From the NCBI GenBank assembly GCA_964291315.2, contig OZ219751.1:1-64000 (forward strand): a stretch of DNA of 64,000 nucleotides, given 5' to 3'. A program made the translations under genes and the position numbers. Shown here piece after piece: positions 60,516 to 64,000 of the stretch; positions within the stretch are counted from its first letter, which is position 1; every line of letters begins with the position of its first letter. The notes beneath the pieces are model-generated. The model was not told the DNA's origin. It ran no database searches and saw only the letters and a list, made by a program, of their open reading frames with translations. This stretch comes from Candidatus Poribacteria bacterium (GTDB lineage Bacteria > Poribacteria > WGA-4E > WGA-3G).

Positions 60516-61469
60516 TTATGGTGAATTATCGAGTAGAAGGGTAGCACGGGAAGTGTGTGCTGCAACGCGGTTAGTTTTCCCTAATTTTGCTTGTTCTCCG
60601 GCGCGGTAGGAGCTTCGCACTAGGGGGCCTGATTCCACGTGTCGAAACCCCATTTCTATTCCAGTTTCGTTGAGTTCATCAAATTCTTCAGGGGTGTAGT
60701 AGCGTTGGATCGGTAAGTGACGTGTGGAAGGAGCAAGGTATTGCCCGATCGTAAGAATATCACATCCTGTGTTACGGATGTCCTGCATCGTTTCTAAGAT
60801 TTCTGTTACTGTTTCGCCTAGGCCTACCATAAGTCCGGACTTTGTGAGCATCTCGGTGTCGAGCATCTTAACTATTTCGAGCAGCTTTAGAGTCTGTTGG
60901 TAGTTAGCGTACGGGCGGACACGACGGTACAAACGCGGCACAGTCTCCGTGTTATGATTCAGAACTTCAGGGCGTGCTTGTACGATGACCTCAAGTGCCT
61001 TCCAATTGCCCTCGAGATCCGGAATAAGAGCTTCCAAGGTACATCCGGGGTGGTTTTTCCGTGCCTCCGAGATGCATTCAGCAAAGACGCTGGCACCACC
61101 ATCTCGAAGATCATCCCGATTGACAGATGTGATGACAACATGTTCAAGTTTTAGATAACCGACAGCCTCGCCAATGCGTCTCGGTTCGTCAGTATCAAGG
61201 GTACCGCCCGGGGATCCCTTCTTGACAGCGCAGAACATGCAACGCCGCGTGCAGACATCACCTAATATCATAAAGGTTGCAGTCCGACCGTTCCAGCATT
61301 CGCCGATATTTGGACATTGTGCTTCTTCACAGACAGTGTGCAGTTCTAAATCGCGCATTAATTTTTTGAGTTCAACGTAATTCCCACCGCTTGGAATCCG
61401 CGCTTTAATCCACTCCGGATGCCTATGATGCTGTCTGTTCGTGTTGACAATTGGAAGGTCTTTTAACAT
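60516..61469 (-). CDS. lipA: Lipoyl synthase
   Basis: CEEAQCPNIGEC, CTRRCMFC (radical SAM) and RSSY motifs. Confidence 0.95.
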   Translation of the reverse strand: MLKDLPIVNTNRQHHRHPEWIKARIPSGGNYVELKKLMRDLELHTVCEEAQCPNIGECWNGRTATFMILGDVCTRRCMFCAVKKGSPGGTLDTDEPRRIGEAVGYLKLEHVVITSVNRDDLRDGGASVFAECISEARKNHPGCTLEALIPDLEGNWKALEVIVQARPEVLNHNTETVPRLYRRVRPYANYQQTLKLLEIVKMLDTEMLTKSGLMVGLGETVTEILETMQDIRNTGCDILTIGQYLAPSTRHLPIQRYYTPEEFDELNETGIEMGFRHVESGPLVRSSYRAGEQAKLGKTNRVAAHTSRATLLLDNSP

Positions 61470-61507
61470 TATTACGTCCTAGCTGTCTTGCTTTGCTATA
61501 AAGATAG

Positions 61508-61598
61508 CGGGAGAGGGTGGGAGTCGAACCCACCTATCCACTTGCATGGACAAGCCGGTTTTGAAGACCGGTAGGGCCACCGGACCCTATCCTCCCCC
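61508..61598 (-). tRNA. selC: tRNA-Sec (anticodon UCA)
   Basis: 8-bp acceptor GGGGGAGG/CCTCTCCC, long D stem, CCGGT-CTTCAAA-ACCGG anticodon arm, long variable arm, GTTCGACTC T loop; directly after selB; CCA not encoded. Confidence 0.95.
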
Positions 61599-61618
61599 AT
61601 CATTTAAATGTTGCATAA

Positions 61619-63559
61619 CTATACCTGCAACTGTCGCGGATGCAACCTTCGGACATTCCCGTCTCGGATCGTCAGATTTTGACTGTCACAATACTCTAAG
61701 AACGGGACTGCATATTTACGAGAGGTTTGGGCAATTTCGCGAAATTGGGCAACAGTTATCATATCATTCTTACGAAGATAAGCAATTAATAATTTCTGTC
61801 CTTCTTCAAGAGAAGTCGTGTGGATGAAAAAACCTTCTCCTATTTTAACGAACTGTCCCAAGCGTAGAAGCGCGAAAAAGGTTGATTCAAGCACCTTAGG
61901 CGTGTAGTCTGGCAGTAGCTTACCTAATTCATTGAGTGTTGGAGGGTGAATACCTGCTTCTAAGAACAACTTCTCTAATTTCTCTTTAGCGGTTTCTTCT
62001 TCTTGAGAAAACTGGATTTCATGGGAACTCAATCGGAGGAGATTGCCCTCTTTAACAACCTGATGTTCCATAATGAGTTGGCCCTCTAGTTTCTCAAAGC
62101 CTGTTTCGTCCAACGCGACTTCTCCGCGGAGTTGTGTGGCATTTTGTCCTGGAAGAAGGGGGTGTGCTTCATGAAAGTTTGCTAACGCCTTTAACATTTT
62201 TTCTTTGATTTTTGCAGTCCGAGAAGCGTCGGAGACTGAAGAGTTCCTACTAGATTTATCCCAATGTACAATTTCCCCATCAGCTTCTAATCTACCTAAA
62301 ATTGCGGTCACATCCTGCTGTGAATGCGGGAGATAGTACTGGAGGAAAGGCTCGGGTACGCAAAGCGTGCTGCTATTTTTCAATACGATATTAACTATCT
62401 GGGCATTATCAGCCTCTTTCCATTGTGCTAAAGTGGCTACGGTTTCCGACGTAAACCGTTTATGTTTGGGAGCGAAAGGATTGATAACCTCACCGCCCCC
62501 AACGGTATGTTGTGCTGAAAAATCTCGCAGAATGATTCGGTCTCCCCTAAACGTTAAAACCGGGTGTTCTAAACGAAGTTGAGCTTGCACGGTGTCTCCC
62601 GGTAGAATTGCCTCGTCTACTAACATAATCAAGCGACAAAATATCTCACGGGTTCCGATATATGCTCGTAGGCGACTCCAATGCTCTAAGATCCTTGGAA
62701 ATGAGGACAAGATTCGCAATGACACATCTATATTATCGGTGACTTGAGAAAAATCGATGGGGCAAAGTACATCGCCGCGTTGAATGGTTTGGACAGAAGG
62801 GCCTGATAGGTTGAGTGCTGTTCTTTGCCCTGCTTGCGCAACAGGGGCAGGTTCGTTATGCACTTGTATTCCGCGCACCCGTACAGGATCCCCTTGCGGA
62901 AGAATAACCATCCGCTGATCCTGGTGAATAGAACCACCGATAAGGGTGCCCGTGATAACAGTGCCAAATCCTTGAATAGTGAAAACTCGGTCAACGTATA
63001 ATCGCGGAATCCCATCAGTTTCTTCGACTTTTGTTGCGAGTGCTACTTGTTCAACAATAATTTGTTTTAAAGTATCGATACCAGCACCCGTTATAGAAGA
63101 GACACCAACGGTAGGAATGCCTTCCAAGGTTGTCCCAATAAACATTTCCTGCGTCATTTCCGTGGCTTCTTTCAACTCATCGAGCGTTGTCAAATCAGAT
63201 TTCGTCATGACGAGGACACCATTTGAAATACCTAACAAATCCAATATTGCCAAGTGTTCAAGGGTCTGTTCTTGGAATCCCTCTTTTGCATCTACCACAA
63301 AAAGAACGATATCCATGCCGTAAGCGCCCGATAGCATGCTTCGGATAAATTTCTCGTGTCCGGGAACATCAACGATGCCGGCACGTGAGCCATCTGGCAA
63401 ATCGAAGTAAGCGAAGCCTAATTCAATAGACAGGCCACGTTCACGCTCTTCCTTGAGTCTGTCTGTCTCCATGCCAGTGAGCATGACAATCAGTGCGGTT
63501 TTTCCGTGATCTACGTGTCCCGCTGTTCCAATGATGAGATGTCGTCTGTCTTGATGCAT
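61619..63559 (-). CDS. selB: Selenocysteine-specific elongation factor
   Basis: GTAGHVDHGKT, EE.ERG.SI.LGFA, DVPGHE, TKSD and C-terminal winged-helix SRKYAVP.LEY.D. Confidence 0.95.
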   Translation of the reverse strand: MHQDRRHLIIGTAGHVDHGKTALIVMLTGMETDRLKEERERGLSIELGFAYFDLPDGSRAGIVDVPGHEKFIRSMLSGAYGMDIVLFVVDAKEGFQEQTLEHLAILDLLGISNGVLVMTKSDLTTLDELKEATEMTQEMFIGTTLEGIPTVGVSSITGAGIDTLKQIIVEQVALATKVEETDGIPRLYVDRVFTIQGFGTVITGTLIGGSIHQDQRMVILPQGDPVRVRGIQVHNEPAPVAQAGQRTALNLSGPSVQTIQRGDVLCPIDFSQVTDNIDVSLRILSSFPRILEHWSRLRAYIGTREIFCRLIMLVDEAILPGDTVQAQLRLEHPVLTFRGDRIILRDFSAQHTVGGGEVINPFAPKHKRFTSETVATLAQWKEADNAQIVNIVLKNSSTLCVPEPFLQYYLPHSQQDVTAILGRLEADGEIVHWDKSSRNSSVSDASRTAKIKEKMLKALANFHEAHPLLPGQNATQLRGEVALDETGFEKLEGQLIMEHQVVKEGNLLRLSSHEIQFSQEEETAKEKLEKLFLEAGIHPPTLNELGKLLPDYTPKVLESTFFALLRLGQFVKIGEGFFIHTTSLEEGQKLLIAYLRKNDMITVAQFREIAQTSRKYAVPFLEYCDSQNLTIRDGNVRRLHPRQLQV

Positions 63560-63595
63560 CAGATGGCTTACTATAACGTTTTTTGCGATTGCCCA

Positions 63596-64000
63596 TCATG
63601 GATAGGCTTCGATGATTTTGCCGATTCGGTTAAATCTAACATTCCCGACTAGTTTCCAGACTTCCCAGAATTTCGCCGGACGCGCATTAAATGACCAATA
63701 TACCATGAACGCTTGTCCCTTGATGTCGTTTACGTCTACCGGGCCCCAAGAGCGACTATCGCTACTTTGATCTCTATTATCGCCCATCGCGAAAACCATC
63801 CCCTTCGGAATAGTAAAAGGTTTACCTTTTGGAAACTTGCGGCTAAATTGGCTTGCCGTTAAAGCGTAATCCGAAAATGTTTCATCATCGGGCAGATATT
63901 CCGGTTGACGAAATGGCGGGAAGTCCCCTCTTTTAAAGTGGCTGAACGTCATGTGTTTCGTATAGTGGTTATCATCAACCGTTTCTCCGTTCACATAAAG
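63596..64000 (-). CDS. lepB: Signal peptidase I (3' part, runs off the window)
   Basis: FAMGDNRDQSSDSRSWG.V...I.G.A..VYWS motif. Confidence 0.9.
   Translation of the reverse strand, partial: LYVNGETVDDNHYTKHMTFSHFKRGDFPPFRQPEYLPDDETFSDYALTASQFSRKFPKGKPFTIPKGMVFAMGDNRDQSSDSRSWGPVDVNDIKGQAFMVYWSFNARPAKFWEVWKLVGNVRFNRIGKIIEAYP

Noticed and set aside
145-63323. Numerous short antisense or nested ORFs in the ORF track
   Set aside because: They lie opposite or within well-supported genes and have no motifs or RBS

Overview
A bacterial chromosomal window of moderate GC content. Gene content (PhyH dioxygenase, sulfatase, BNR/sialidase and YCF48 repeat proteins, Gfo/Idh/MocA enzyme, heptamer intergenic repeats) suggests a Candidatus Poribacteria-like organism; this is an inference. 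Most of it is housekeeping or metabolic: glpD-like, DegT aminotransferase, ABC permeases, wza-wzc, UPF0182, lgt, livFG, infA, rsgA, ubiX, ackA, uxuA-like, sulfatase, potD, dapL, two dapB, lipA, tRNA-Sec, selB and partial lepB. Four, probably five, genes are broken by single-base deletions in short runs, most likely assembly errors. The most unusual parts are: (1) a 6.6-kb island (26.2-32.8 kb) bounded by direct and inverted repeats, holding a tandemly duplicated operon of exported orphan proteins that differ in hypervariable patches, followed by a truncated STT3/AglB-like oligosaccharyltransferase; (2) a 1.3-kb intergenic region (21.4-22.7 kb) with promoters, structured RNAs (one 6S-sized), mini-ORFs with strong RBSs and a downstream sigma-region-4-only protein; (3) several independent ~30-bp duplications enclosing ~36-bp unique inserts (66-bp period), a geometry resembling CRISPR spacer integration; (4) a ~375-nt structured leader upstream of dapL; (5) a PspA (ESCRT-III-like) plus AAA ATPase gene pair; (6) a decayed IS200/IS605 tnpB element.
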